Of a stretch of DNA of 64,000 nt, positions 34,148 to 45,518 are shown piece by piece. The stretch is from Rhodospirillales bacterium. Lineage in GTDB: Bacteria; Pseudomonadota; Alphaproteobacteria; Bin95. A program made the position numbers and the translations under genes. Within the stretch, counting starts at the first letter, position 1; the number at the start of each line of letters is the position of its first letter. Location: contig JAYQLI010000035.1 in the NCBI GenBank assembly GCA_038143065.1, forward strand, positions 128,001-192,000, written 5' to 3'. The notes below the pieces were generated by a model. It did no database searches, was not told the origin of the DNA, and saw nothing but the letters and a program-made list of their open reading frames with translations.

Positions 34148-35053
34148 ATGAAATTAGTGCATATCCTTCATGAAAATCCTGAGTGGATCGAGCCTTACCG
34201 TGCAGCATTTTCGCTGATGGGATTAGAAACTCGAGAAATATTCATGAATGGAGGAGCATTCGATTTAGACTCTATTCCTTCCGATGGCATTTATTGGAGC
34301 CGTGTGAGTGCATCAGCATTGTCCCGCGGTCATGAATTAGCAGCAGCCACAGCTGCTGCCATATTTGACTTTCTAGGGTTGCATGGACGCCGCGTAATAA
34401 ACGGGGCCGGAGCCCTTCGATTGGAGATGAGCAAAGTTTCGCAGCACGCTTCGCTCGCCGCTGCAGGCATAGCAACGCCCAGAACCATTGCAGTTGTTGG
34501 AAGCGATCGTCTTGAGGCTGCTGTAATTGACGCTCAGTTTGCGTGTAAGCCCTTTGTGTTGAAACCAAACCGTGGTGGGAAAGGTCTTGGGGTTCGACTG
34601 TTGCAGGATTTAGATGATCTTCGCTCCAATATTTCTCGGGTTGCCGATGAACCCAGTGCCGACAATGTGTGGTTGATACAGGAATATTGTCCTTCGCCCG
34701 ACCAAACAATTACTCGTTTGGAGTTTATTGGAGGAAGCTTGCATTACGCTGTTCGCGTCCACACTGGTGGTGATTTCGAGCTTTGCCCGGCTGAGGCATG
34801 CGCTCTTCCTGGAGCGCCGCCAATGTTTGAGATTGAGCCTGTTGAGGACCTGGGTTTAGTAAATACAATCGGTGCTTTTCTTAAAACCAGCGGAGTGGAA
34901 GTTGCAGGCGTTGAGTTCCTGAAAACATCAGATGGGCAACAGCTTGTTTACGATATTAATACAAACACCAACTATAATAGCGAAGCAGAAGAGCGAGCTG
35001 GAGTTGAGCCAGGACCAATGGCTCTTGCGAGATTTATTGCTTCTTTGTGTTAG
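34148..35053 (+). CDS. ATP-grasp ligase (RimK/GshB-like)
   Basis: EMSK, FVLKPNRGGKGLGV, LIQEY, YDINTNTNY. Confidence 0.82.
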   Translation: MKLVHILHENPEWIEPYRAAFSLMGLETREIFMNGGAFDLDSIPSDGIYWSRVSASALSRGHELAAATAAAIFDFLGLHGRRVINGAGALRLEMSKVSQHASLAAAGIATPRTIAVVGSDRLEAAVIDAQFACKPFVLKPNRGGKGLGVRLLQDLDDLRSNISRVADEPSADNVWLIQEYCPSPDQTITRLEFIGGSLHYAVRVHTGGDFELCPAEACALPGAPPMFEIEPVEDLGLVNTIGAFLKTSGVEVAGVEFLKTSDGQQLVYDINTNTNYNSEAEERAGVEPGPMALARFIASLC

Positions 35054-35233
35054 CAGGAGCTTAGTCTTTGCGGCTATCTGTACCATTATCCATGGTTAAT
35101 TTTTCATGGCCCTAAATCGACAGTTCTTCTCAGCTGCTTTAGCCTTTAAAACAATTTGAGTTGAGAGTTACTTTGATCCTCCCCAAGCTGGTTAAATAGA
35201 CTTGGCATTTGTACCTCAAGATGGAATAAAACA

Positions 35234-36240
35234 ATGCGCATTCAGCAATTGGGCCGCTCTGGCCTTAAGGTCTCAGAGCTTTGCATTGGGACAATGCTTT
35301 TGGCGGAGCTACTAGCGAAACTGAAGCCAACCAAATTCTTGAAGAAGCGGCTGATCAAGGTGTTAATTTTATTGACACTGCCGATAGTTATGCCGGTGGA
35401 AAGTCTGAGGAAATGGTGGGGCGGCTCATTAGTGACCGCAGAAATGAGTGGGTGCTAGCAACAAAATTTGCCAATCCCCTTGGCAGTGGGCCGAATGGCG
35501 GCGGAACGAACAGAAAATGGGTGATGAAGGCCTGTGAAGATAGCTTGAAGCGTTTGGGAACAGATCACATCGATATTTACTACCTGCACAAAGAAGATCA
35601 CACGACCCCACTTGAAGAAACTGTCAGGGCAATAGCTGATTTGCAGCGTGATGGGAAAATTCGTTATTTTGGATTGTCCAACTATCGGTCTTGGCGGGTT
35701 GCTGAAGTTTGTAGAATTTCCGATAGCCTCAACATTGATAGACCAATTATAAGTCAGCCTTACTACAACCTAGTCAATCGAATGCCAGAGACCGAGCAGT
35801 TGCCAGCCTGCAATCATTTTGGGTTGGGTGTATTTCCGTATAGTCCGATAGCCCGAGGAGTACTTACAGGTAAATACAAACCAGGCGCAGATCCTGATGC
35901 TGGAAGTCGAGCTGCGCGTGGTGATAAGAGGATGATGGAAACAGAGTGGCGACAAGAATCATTGCATGTAGCTGCTAAGATGGCTGAAAGAGCGATTGCT
36001 GTTGGAGTCACGCCAGGGCAATTTGCAACCGCCTGGGTTCTTAATAATAGCTTAATTACGGGGCTTGTAGCTGGTCCGCGAACCATTGATCAATGGAGGG
36101 ATTATGCTGGCGCTACCTCCTATCGATTTACGGAAGAGGATGAAACATTTTGCAATAGCTTAGTTGCTCCTGGTCATCCATCAACTCCAGGCTTCAATGA
36201 CCCAGCATATCCGATTGAAGGAAGAGTTCCGAGAGTTTGA
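35234..36240 (+). CDS. Aldo/keto reductase (indel in T run near 35298)
   Basis: LGRSGLKVSELCIGTM, FIDTADSY, LATK, SLKRLGTDHIDIYYLH. Confidence 0.9.
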
Positions 36241-37532
36241 GTCCTGATGAAGTATGTCTGAGAACTAGCTTTTTTGAGAATAGACCGACCCTTATAGATC
36301 ACTTCATTTCCAGACTTTGCTCTGATATTGGCAATCGCATCCTCTATTTTAGCTGCACGTGCCAAGTCTTCTGTTGAAAGTAGATCTGCTGTGTCTGCGT
36401 CTGTCTGTGAACGCAAGCCCGTTCCTGTCAGGCCTATTAGCCGATATTGGTCTTTACCCACTTCATTAAGAAGCATTCCTTCAGCTACCTGATAGAGTCG
36501 TTCAGCCAATTGTGTAGGTGGTGAAACCGTACATTGACGAGTAATTATTCGAAATTTTTCAGTTTTTAATTTTAAAACTACAGTGCTTGCCGATAACTGT
36601 TTTTTCTTTAAGGCGTCGCGCAACTTTTTCTGCGTGACGCCACAATAATGGTTTTAAGTCATCAGGGTCATGTAAATTATGTTCAAGAGTTATTTCGGAT
36701 GAAATACTTTTAGTTTGTCTGTTTGCACTCACCATACGAGGATCTTTGCCCTTACAAAAATTCGCAAGGCGAGCTCCTGATGCACCATATTTGGCTTCGA
36801 GAACGCCCATAGGTGAGCGAGCAAGATCTCCAACTGTTTTAAACCCATCCCTTGTGAGTAGCTGTCTAAATTTTGCGCCGACGCCCGGGAGTTCTGAAAC
36901 GGGTAGTTGGGCTAAAAATTCCTTTGCCTCCGATCTTCCAATGATTGAAAATCCCCTTGGCTTATCAAGATCAGATGCGAGCTTCGCCAGAAATTTTGCA
37001 TACGAAAGACCAATTGAAACGGTTATGCCTAAGTCTTCCTCAATCCTTTTCGCAATACTCGCAAGCACCGCTGCCGGTGGTTTAGAATGAAGGCGCGCCG
37101 AACCCTGAAGATCTAAGAAGGCTTCATCAATTGAGATAGGTTCGACAAGCGGAGTGGTGCTTTCAAGAATTGCTCTTACTTCTCGCCCTACTGCAGCATA
37201 CTTTGCCATATCAGGGCGAAGGACTACTGCTTGAGGGCATGCGCGTAGCGCCTTGAACATAGGCATCGCTGACTTTATGCCAAACCTTCTGGCCACGTAA
37301 CATGCGGTAGCGACCACACCACGTCTGCCACCACCTATGATAAGAGGTATGCCTTGCAGTTCTGGATTGTCGCGTTTTTCCACAGAAGCATAGAAGGCAT
37401 CGCAATCAATGTGAGCGATAGTGAGCTCGGTTAGCTCACTATGAATAACTTGACGTGGTGAGGCACAATCAGGGCAGCGCAGCACATCCTCTCATAATCC
37501 AGATGTCCACAATCTCGGCATAGCCTAGCCAT
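36174..37532 (-). CDS. dinB: DNA polymerase IV with N-terminal Zn-ribbon (indels near 37490 and 36600; 3' end uncertain)
   Basis: HIDCDAFYASVE, ACYVAR, SIDEAFLD, AKLASD; little-finger domain in ORF 36174-36623; start MARLCRDCG at 37532. Confidence 0.9.
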
Positions 37533-37620
37533 CAATTAGTTGCCTTTTTGAAGAGAGCATAGTGATTATCCTTGTAAGGGGGTAGAGTTCTAACAGTTCT
37601 CCAATTCGAAAGGTTAAGCT

Positions 37621-38457
37621 GTGCAAATAGGTTGTTTCTACTTTCCCGCTGATTATGGCATTGATGTCAGGGAGCTTGCCCGAGCAATGGAAGATCGGGG
37701 TTTTGAGAGCCTTTTCTTCCCTGAGCACACACATATACCCACAAGTCGCCAGTCACCCTGGCCAGGTGGTGGTGAGCTTCCCAAGTGCTACAGCCATACT
37801 CATGACCCATTTGTGGCTTGCACAGCTGCTGCTGTTGTCACTGAGAAACTTAAAATTGGGACTGGTATTTGTCTGGTGCCGCAGCATGAGCCAATAGTTA
37901 CGGCAAAAGCCATTGCTAGCGTCGATCAGATCTCCGGCGGTCGCTTTATGTTTGGCATTGGCGGAGGGTGGAATGTGGAGGAAATGGAGGACCATGGCGC
38001 CACATACAAAACCCGCTTTGCCATTATGCGCGAGCATATTCTTGCGATGAAACAGCTATGGACCCAAGAGGAGGCAAGTTTTGATGGTGAATTTGTTAAA
38101 TTTCCGCCTTCGTGGTCATGGCCAAAGCCAGTACAGAACCCTCATCCTCCAATCCTTCTAGGTGGCGAGACTGATTATACCCTTAAGCGTGTCGTGGAGT
38201 ATTGCGATGGGTGGTATCCTCGCCCTTGGCAGGGATTTGACCCCGCTGAAGCAGTCGCGAGACTTAAGCGTTTTGCTGATGAGGCTGGTCGGGATATGTC
38301 GACACTCTCGATTACAACTTTTCGTGCAAAAGCAGATGCACAATCACTGGCGGAGTATGCTGATGCCGGCATTACTCGAGCACTTTTAGAGATTAAAGAC
38401 GAAAGCCGTGATGAAATTCTTCGCCGGCTTGATGAGTACGCAAAATTGCTCGTTTAG
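37621..38457 (+). CDS. LLM-class oxidoreductase, probable F420-dependent Rv2161c-like family
   Basis: FPEHTHIP, DPFV, GIGGGWNVEE, PKPVQNPHPPILLGG. Confidence 0.82.
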   Translation: MQIGCFYFPADYGIDVRELARAMEDRGFESLFFPEHTHIPTSRQSPWPGGGELPKCYSHTHDPFVACTAAAVVTEKLKIGTGICLVPQHEPIVTAKAIASVDQISGGRFMFGIGGGWNVEEMEDHGATYKTRFAIMREHILAMKQLWTQEEASFDGEFVKFPPSWSWPKPVQNPHPPILLGGETDYTLKRVVEYCDGWYPRPWQGFDPAEAVARLKRFADEAGRDMSTLSITTFRAKADAQSLAEYADAGITRALLEIKDESRDEILRRLDEYAKLLV

Positions 38458-38469
38458 AATTTAAAATAC

Positions 38470-38506
38470 AGCAGCGGCGATAAAAATTTGCCGCTGCTCT
38501 CTTTTT

Positions 38507-38508
<2 letters not shown>
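38470..38508. terminator. Terminator hairpin between convergent genes
   Basis: AGCAGCGGC...GCCGCTGCT stem, T run downstream. Confidence 0.75.
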
Positions 38509-39892
<1,384 letters not shown>

Positions 39893-40078
39893 TTACTCGT
39901 CATCCTTGGCATCGAGTACTTGCCGACCACGATAGGTGCCGGACTCGAGATCGACGTGATGAGGGCGACGGATATTTCCGGTTTCCTTATCCACTACAAC
40001 CCCTTCAGGCTTAAGTGCGTGGTGAGAGCGGCGCATATTGCGACGCATGCGTGATGTTTTCTTCTTTGGAACGGCCAT
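39893..40078 (-). CDS. rpmF: 50S ribosomal protein L32 (Cys-free form)
   Basis: [19 protein letters not shown]...RRPHHV...GTYRGRQV. Confidence 0.95.
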   Translation of the reverse strand: MAVPKKKTSRMRRNMRRSHHALKPEGVVVDKETGNIRRPHHVDLESGTYRGRQVLDAKDDE

Positions 40079-40241
40079 GTCTAATATCCAAAACAAGACG
40101 GCCAGCGACAAGGCTGGCCCTCGAAAAAAAACTTTCTAACCGCTCGGCTGCTACTGTGCAAGTATGCACTTATGAACAAACCGAAAAACAAGGGAGAAAG
40201 TGGCTCAATTGGGACTATTTAAAGCTAGTAAATTGATATTT

Positions 40242-41895
40242 TTAATTTCGACGATCTAACAGACCTTTGGCTATAACCTGAGCCTGAATTTCCGCAGCAC
40301 CTTCGAAAATATTTAATATCCGAGCATCACACAGTAATCTGCTCATTTCATATTCCTCTGCATAGCCATTACCGCCGTGAATTTGCACACCATTATCTGC
40401 ATTTGACCAAGCTGTGCGGGCAGCCAATAGTTTTGCCATGCCAGCTTCTATATCGCAGCGCCGGTCGGAATCCTTTTGCCTCGCAGAGAAGTAAGTGAGT
40501 TGCCTAGAGACCATTGTTTCAACAGCCATCCAGGCAAGTTTACCGGCAACGCGAGGGAAATGAACAATAGATTTGCCAAACTGTCGTCTTTCATTCGCGT
40601 AGGTAAGTGCTACTTCCAAAGCTCTTGCTGCAACACCGACAGAGCGAGCTGCTGTCTGGATACGGGCACTTTCAAATGTGGCCATAAGTTGCTTGAAACC
40701 TTGACCCTGTTCCTGTCCCAGAAGGTTTTCACTTTCAATTTTAAACCCGTCGAAGGCAATCTCGTACTCTTTCATTCCTCGATAACCGAGTACTTTGATT
40801 TCACCACCTGACATTCCTTGGCTTGGGAAGGGATCGGCATCTGTCCCTCTAGATTTAGGAGCAATGAACATTGAAAGGCCACGATATCCAGGTGCATCTG
40901 GGTTTGTCCGCGCAAGCAGTGTCATAACATCCGCTCGAGCTGCATGCGTTATCCAGGTTTTGTTACCTGTAACTTCGTATGTATCACCCTTTTGTACAGC
41001 ACGAGTTCGAAGAGAGCCTAAATCAGATCCCGTGTCAGGTTCCGTAAATACCGCCGTGGGGGAGAACTTCGCCGCTGGCGATTGGTTGGAGCCATTTTTC
41101 TTTTTGTTCCTGTGTGCCACCAAGGCGGATTAGTTCTGAGGCAATTTCTGACCGAGTGCCGAGGGAACCTACCCCAATGTAACCGCGTGATAACTCTTCG
41201 GTTACTACGCACATTGCAACTTTGCCCATTCCAAGACCCCCAAATTCTTCGGGGACCGTGAGACCAAAAACTCCGAGTTCGGCCATTTCGTCGACAATCT
41301 CCATTGGGATCAATTCGTCTTTGAGATGCCATTCGTGTGCTGGGCCAATAATCTTTTCGTCAACAAACCGTCTAAATTGTTGTTGGATGAGTTCTAACGT
41401 CTCGTCATCCAGCCCAAGGTCTCCAAAGTCGCCCTCCATAATGGCCTCGGCGAGAGCAATACGCGCTTTTGCAGACCAACCAGTTTCACGTAAGGCCATG
41501 ATTTCTGGAGTTTCGATTGGTGCAAGATCAGAGAAAGCTAGCCCCATATCACTGGGTCGGACGATTTCCCCCTGCGATATCGAAATACCTCCACTAATCT
41601 GGTTTAGATATTCAGCAAATGCTGCCGCTGCTATTCTCTGTTCGACTTCACGAAATTTGCCCGCAGACTCTAATCGCTCTGCCCATCCGAGTATTTCTCG
41701 CAATCCGGCAACGTAGGTTGAAAGCCAAGCAAACCCATGCGCAGCTAACTGTTCCTGTTCTAGCAATGCGGCATCGATTTTCCCCGAACCATTTCTAAGT
41801 TTCAAGTTCACCTGTTGTTCAGCTGTGGTTAAAACTTTTTCAGCGCCAGCAAGGGCGGCTGATAGTTGTTTGGTTGACGCCAGGCTGTCAGTCAT
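40242..41895 (-). CDS. mcd: Acyl-CoA dehydrogenase, (2S)-methylsuccinyl-CoA dehydrogenase-like (indel in G run near 41058)
   Basis: Extended N-terminus [60 protein letters not shown]. Confidence 0.82.
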
Positions 41896-42045
41896 TCTTT
41901 TCCTCATACCAAAAGACCTAAATCGCTTCTGGAAAAAATATTTCGGCAGACATGAAAGGCAATTGCGGCCCAATCACGCGGGTGGACATAATATTAGTTA
42001 GAGTCTGATACTGTAGCGAATAGATAAGATAGGAATGGATAAGTC

Positions 42046-42207
42046 ATGTCTGAGATCAACAAGGGTTTAGAGAAAGCAAATGGCTTGGATCAAACATTGA
42101 TAGAGCGTGCTAGTGCTGACGCGGCACGACTTATCGGCGCTATGCCTAAAGATCTAAATCCCGCAGATGAGCCTGCTCTTATTTACAAGGCGGATCTTAC
42201 ATCATGA
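42046..42207 (+). CDS. Small 53-aa protein (AtzG/GatC-like amidase partner)
   Basis: Own translation MSEINKG...LNPADEPALIYKADLTS*; ATGA overlap with the amidase start. Confidence 0.65.
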   Translation: MSEINKGLEKANGLDQTLIERASADAARLIGAMPKDLNPADEPALIYKADLTS

Positions 42208-43605
42208 ATGACGAAGATCTTGGCTTTTTGTCAATCGCCGATGCCAGCGAGAAAATAGCCCTTAAAAAGTTGTCTCCGGTTGAACTTACGGAAGCGCTCC
42301 TTCGCAGAGCTGGGGAATTAGATCCGAAGCTAAACGCCTATCTCCTGAAAGACGCTGACAAAGCTCTTGCTGCAGCTCAGGCGGCAGAAAAAGCAATTCA
42401 TAGTGGAAGAAAGCTTGGTCCTCTTCATGGTGTTCCATTCGGCCTCAAAGATATCGTTGATACAGCCGGTCTAAGAACTACCTGCCATTCAAAAATACTT
42501 GCCGACAATATCCCACAAAGGGACGCAACCGTTGCGGCTAAACTGAAGGCTGCTGGTGCAATTCTTATGGGTAAACTTTCGACCCATGAGTTTGCGCTTG
42601 GAGGTCCTGCATTTGACTTGCCCTGGCCGCCCGCTCGAAATCCTTGGAACCCTAACCACCATCCGGGAGGTTCTTCGTCGGGATCTGGTGCGGCAGTTGC
42701 GGCAGGTATGCTGCCCATGGCTATTGGCACAGACACCGGTGGAAGTGTGCGCAATCCAGCTTCATGTTGCGGGATTGTTGGCATGAAAGCTACATACGGC
42801 AGGGTTAGTCGAGCAGGCGTATTTCCGCTCTCCTACAGCTTAGACCATATTGGGCCGATGACTAGAACAGTCGTTGATAATGCCCTGATGTTGCAGGCCA
42901 TCTCAGGGTCAGATCAACGTGATCCAGCTTCGGCAAATGCTGCAATCCCCGACTTTACAGTAAAAATCGAGGATGGAGTTAAGGGTTTAAAGATAGGTTA
43001 TTTGAGACATTTCCATGAAGTTGATTCTTCCGGCGCATGGGGAAATGGCAAAGTCCCTAGACGATGCGGTTGATGTCTTAAAAAATGAAGGGGCGGAAGT
43101 CAGGGATGTTTCTTTCTTCCCTCTTTCAGAACTTGCTGCTGCTAATCGCATTGTCTTGCTGTCGGAGGCTTACTCCATTCATCGCAAGTGGTTAGCTGAG
43201 CGACCCGAAGACTATGCGAAGGCAACCCGAGATCGTATCCTCCCAGGAGCTTTTATGGGTGCCGCAGATTATGTTGATGCTTTGCGTCGACGGGCTATTT
43301 ATCGAGAGCACTTCAAGCGCCTGATGTCAGAAGTTGACGTGATCATTTGTGCGTCTTCTATGGATCCAGCCTGTCGCATAGACGACGAAGCGGAAGTGGG
43401 CCGCACATATGGCCGCCAGGCACGTACACCATTTAATTTGCTTGGTGTACCTGCTCTAGCCGTTCCAACTGGTTTTTCAAACGAGGGCTTGCCATTATCG
43501 ATGCAAGTAGTTGGTAAAGCCTTCGATGAGGCAACAGTTTACCGAGTAGCTCGTGCTTATGAGCGCGTGACAGATTGGTCCACCCATCGTCCAAAACCCA
43601 ACTGA
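42204..43605 (+). CDS. Amidase signature family (GatA/AtzE-like; indel near 43030-43043)
   Basis: GVPFGLKD, PGGSSSGSG, GTDTGGSVRNPAS; C-terminal GLPLSMQVVG in second ORF. Confidence 0.9.
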
Positions 43606-43651
43606 CGAGAAGTTTTAGATTAACTTTTGAGTCTGATGGAAAGGGAAAGTT

Positions 43652-44455
43652 TTGAGGCGAATAGAAATCTCGGGGCAAACGTCTGTACTTCCAATTATTG
43701 GCCGTCCAGTTGAGCAAGTGAAAGCACCTATGGTTTTTAATCGATTTTTTGAAGAAAGGTCGATTGACTGTGTGATGGCAGCGTTAGAGCTGGAAAATGA
43801 AGCTGCAGATGCTTTTATTCAGTCAGTTCGTGGTATGTCTAACGCGCTTGGATACGTTGCTACAGTACCTCACAAACAACGCGCAGCCTCAGCATGTGAT
43901 GATCTTTCAAGTCGGGCAGCCTTTCTTGGTGCCGTTAATTTGATACGACGTGAGCAAGATGGCCGTCTATTCGGAGATATGACGGATGGGCTTGGTTGTG
44001 TGGAGGCAATGCGTCGTCACGGTGTGGATCCGGAAGGAAAGTCTGCATTTGTAATTGGCGTAGGCGGTGCTGGCTCGGCTATTGCTCATGCACTGGCAGA
44101 AGCAGGAATTAGCCACTTAAATATTACTGATTCTGCAGCTGGGCGCGCTGAGGCTTTGCAGCTTCGGCTATCACAAATCTTCCCGCAGGTTGCTATAAAA
44201 GCCGCGGTTGCTGACATGCAAACCTTGGATATTGTCGTGAATGCATCACCGGTTGGCATGAACGGAGATATCAGTATGCCTGCTAGTCTCGAGGGCATTC
44301 GACCAGCAGCTTTGGTGGCAGATGTTGTTACTAACCCAGCAGATACTCCGTGGCTTAAGAAAGCCAAAGAGAAGGGTTGTATTTGTCAGACAGGCCTTGA
44401 AATGGTTGATGGTCAGTTTGATCTAATGGTTAAGCATTTCGGTTTCAAAATATAA
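43652..44455 (+). CDS. Shikimate-dehydrogenase-like protein
   Basis: IGRPVEQVKAP, TVPHK, GAVN, GDMTDG, GVGGAG, NASPVG. Confidence 0.85.
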   Translation: MRRIEISGQTSVLPIIGRPVEQVKAPMVFNRFFEERSIDCVMAALELENEAADAFIQSVRGMSNALGYVATVPHKQRAASACDDLSSRAAFLGAVNLIRREQDGRLFGDMTDGLGCVEAMRRHGVDPEGKSAFVIGVGGAGSAIAHALAEAGISHLNITDSAAGRAEALQLRLSQIFPQVAIKAAVADMQTLDIVVNASPVGMNGDISMPASLEGIRPAALVADVVTNPADTPWLKKAKEKGCICQTGLEMVDGQFDLMVKHFGFKI

Positions 44456-44497
44456 GAGTGTGAACGGTCGTAAACCACGTTAGAGGGGCTAAATAAA

Positions 44498-45517
44498 ATG
44501 GAATTTCAGTTGGGTGTAATGCTTCGGGGCCAATATGAGCACGGGGCAGACATGGTCGTTAAAGCTGATGAAATGATTGAGCAGGCGCGCTTTGCAGACC
44601 GCCTTGGATATGCATCAATTACCAAAGGGTCGCATTTTTCTACTGATGATTTTCAAGCCTTGCAGCAGTTTCCTGTGCTGGCACGCCTTAGTGGTGAAGT
44701 GAAGCGCGCTAGATTAAACGCAGGCATAGTCCTACTGCCTCTGCAAAAGCCACTAGATATGGCGGAGCAACTTGCAACAATTGATATTCTATCTAATGGG
44801 CGCCTGATCTTTGGTGTTGGCTTAGGTTATCGCGATGTTGAGTTTAAAGCATTTGGCACAAGCCGTAAGGAACGAGGACGGCGAACGACAGAAAATCTGA
44901 TTGCAATCAAGAGGTTGTGGTCTGAAGATAAAGTATCAATAAAGGGTACGCATTTTGAGCTCGATGAGGCCGTGTGTTGGCCCAAGCCCATTCAAAAGCC
45001 TAACCCACCGATCTGGATCGGTGCAAATGCCGACGTTGCGCTTAAACGAGCTGCTGAGCATGGAGATTGTTGGTACATCAATCCTCACAATACTCTCGAA
45101 ACAACAGCGCGTCAGCTTGATGTTTACAGAGGCTATTTAGATGAGGTTGGTAAGGACTTTCCAACTGAATTACCTATGCGGCGGGAAGCATTTGTAGCGA
45201 AAACAAAGGAAGAGGCGCTTAGGCTTGCTGGCCCGTTCGTTGCCAAGAAGTACGCGGCTTATCATTCATGGGGACAAGATGATGATATGCCTGAGGATGA
45301 GTCGCTTGCTGGTGGTCTGGATGCCATCGTTGGAGACCGTTTTTTAATCGGCTCACCAGATGAAGTGTCTGAGCAGATGATTACTATTAATAAAAAACTT
45401 GGAGTTAACCATATCATCTTATCTATGGAATGGGCAGGTATGGAAAAATCCGTGGCTATGGATTGTATGCAAATGATGGCTGAAGAGGTCATGCCAAAAG
45501 TAAAGCAGGGGGTTTAA
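44498..45517 (+). CDS. Luciferase-like (LLM) flavin-dependent oxidoreductase
   Basis: AEQLATIDILSNGRLIFGVGLGYR, PKPIQKPNPPIWIG. Confidence 0.87.
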   Translation: MEFQLGVMLRGQYEHGADMVVKADEMIEQARFADRLGYASITKGSHFSTDDFQALQQFPVLARLSGEVKRARLNAGIVLLPLQKPLDMAEQLATIDILSNGRLIFGVGLGYRDVEFKAFGTSRKERGRRTTENLIAIKRLWSEDKVSIKGTHFELDEAVCWPKPIQKPNPPIWIGANADVALKRAAEHGDCWYINPHNTLETTARQLDVYRGYLDEVGKDFPTELPMRREAFVAKTKEEALRLAGPFVAKKYAAYHSWGQDDDMPEDESLAGGLDAIVGDRFLIGSPDEVSEQMITINKKLGVNHIILSMEWAGMEKSVAMDCMQMMAEEVMPKVKQGV

Positions 45518-45518
45518 A

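Noticed and set aside
36174-36240. Genuine 3' overlap of dinB and AKR
   Set aside because: One extra A in the A run near 36270-36275 (T run on + strand) would give an earlier stop; likely an indel artefact
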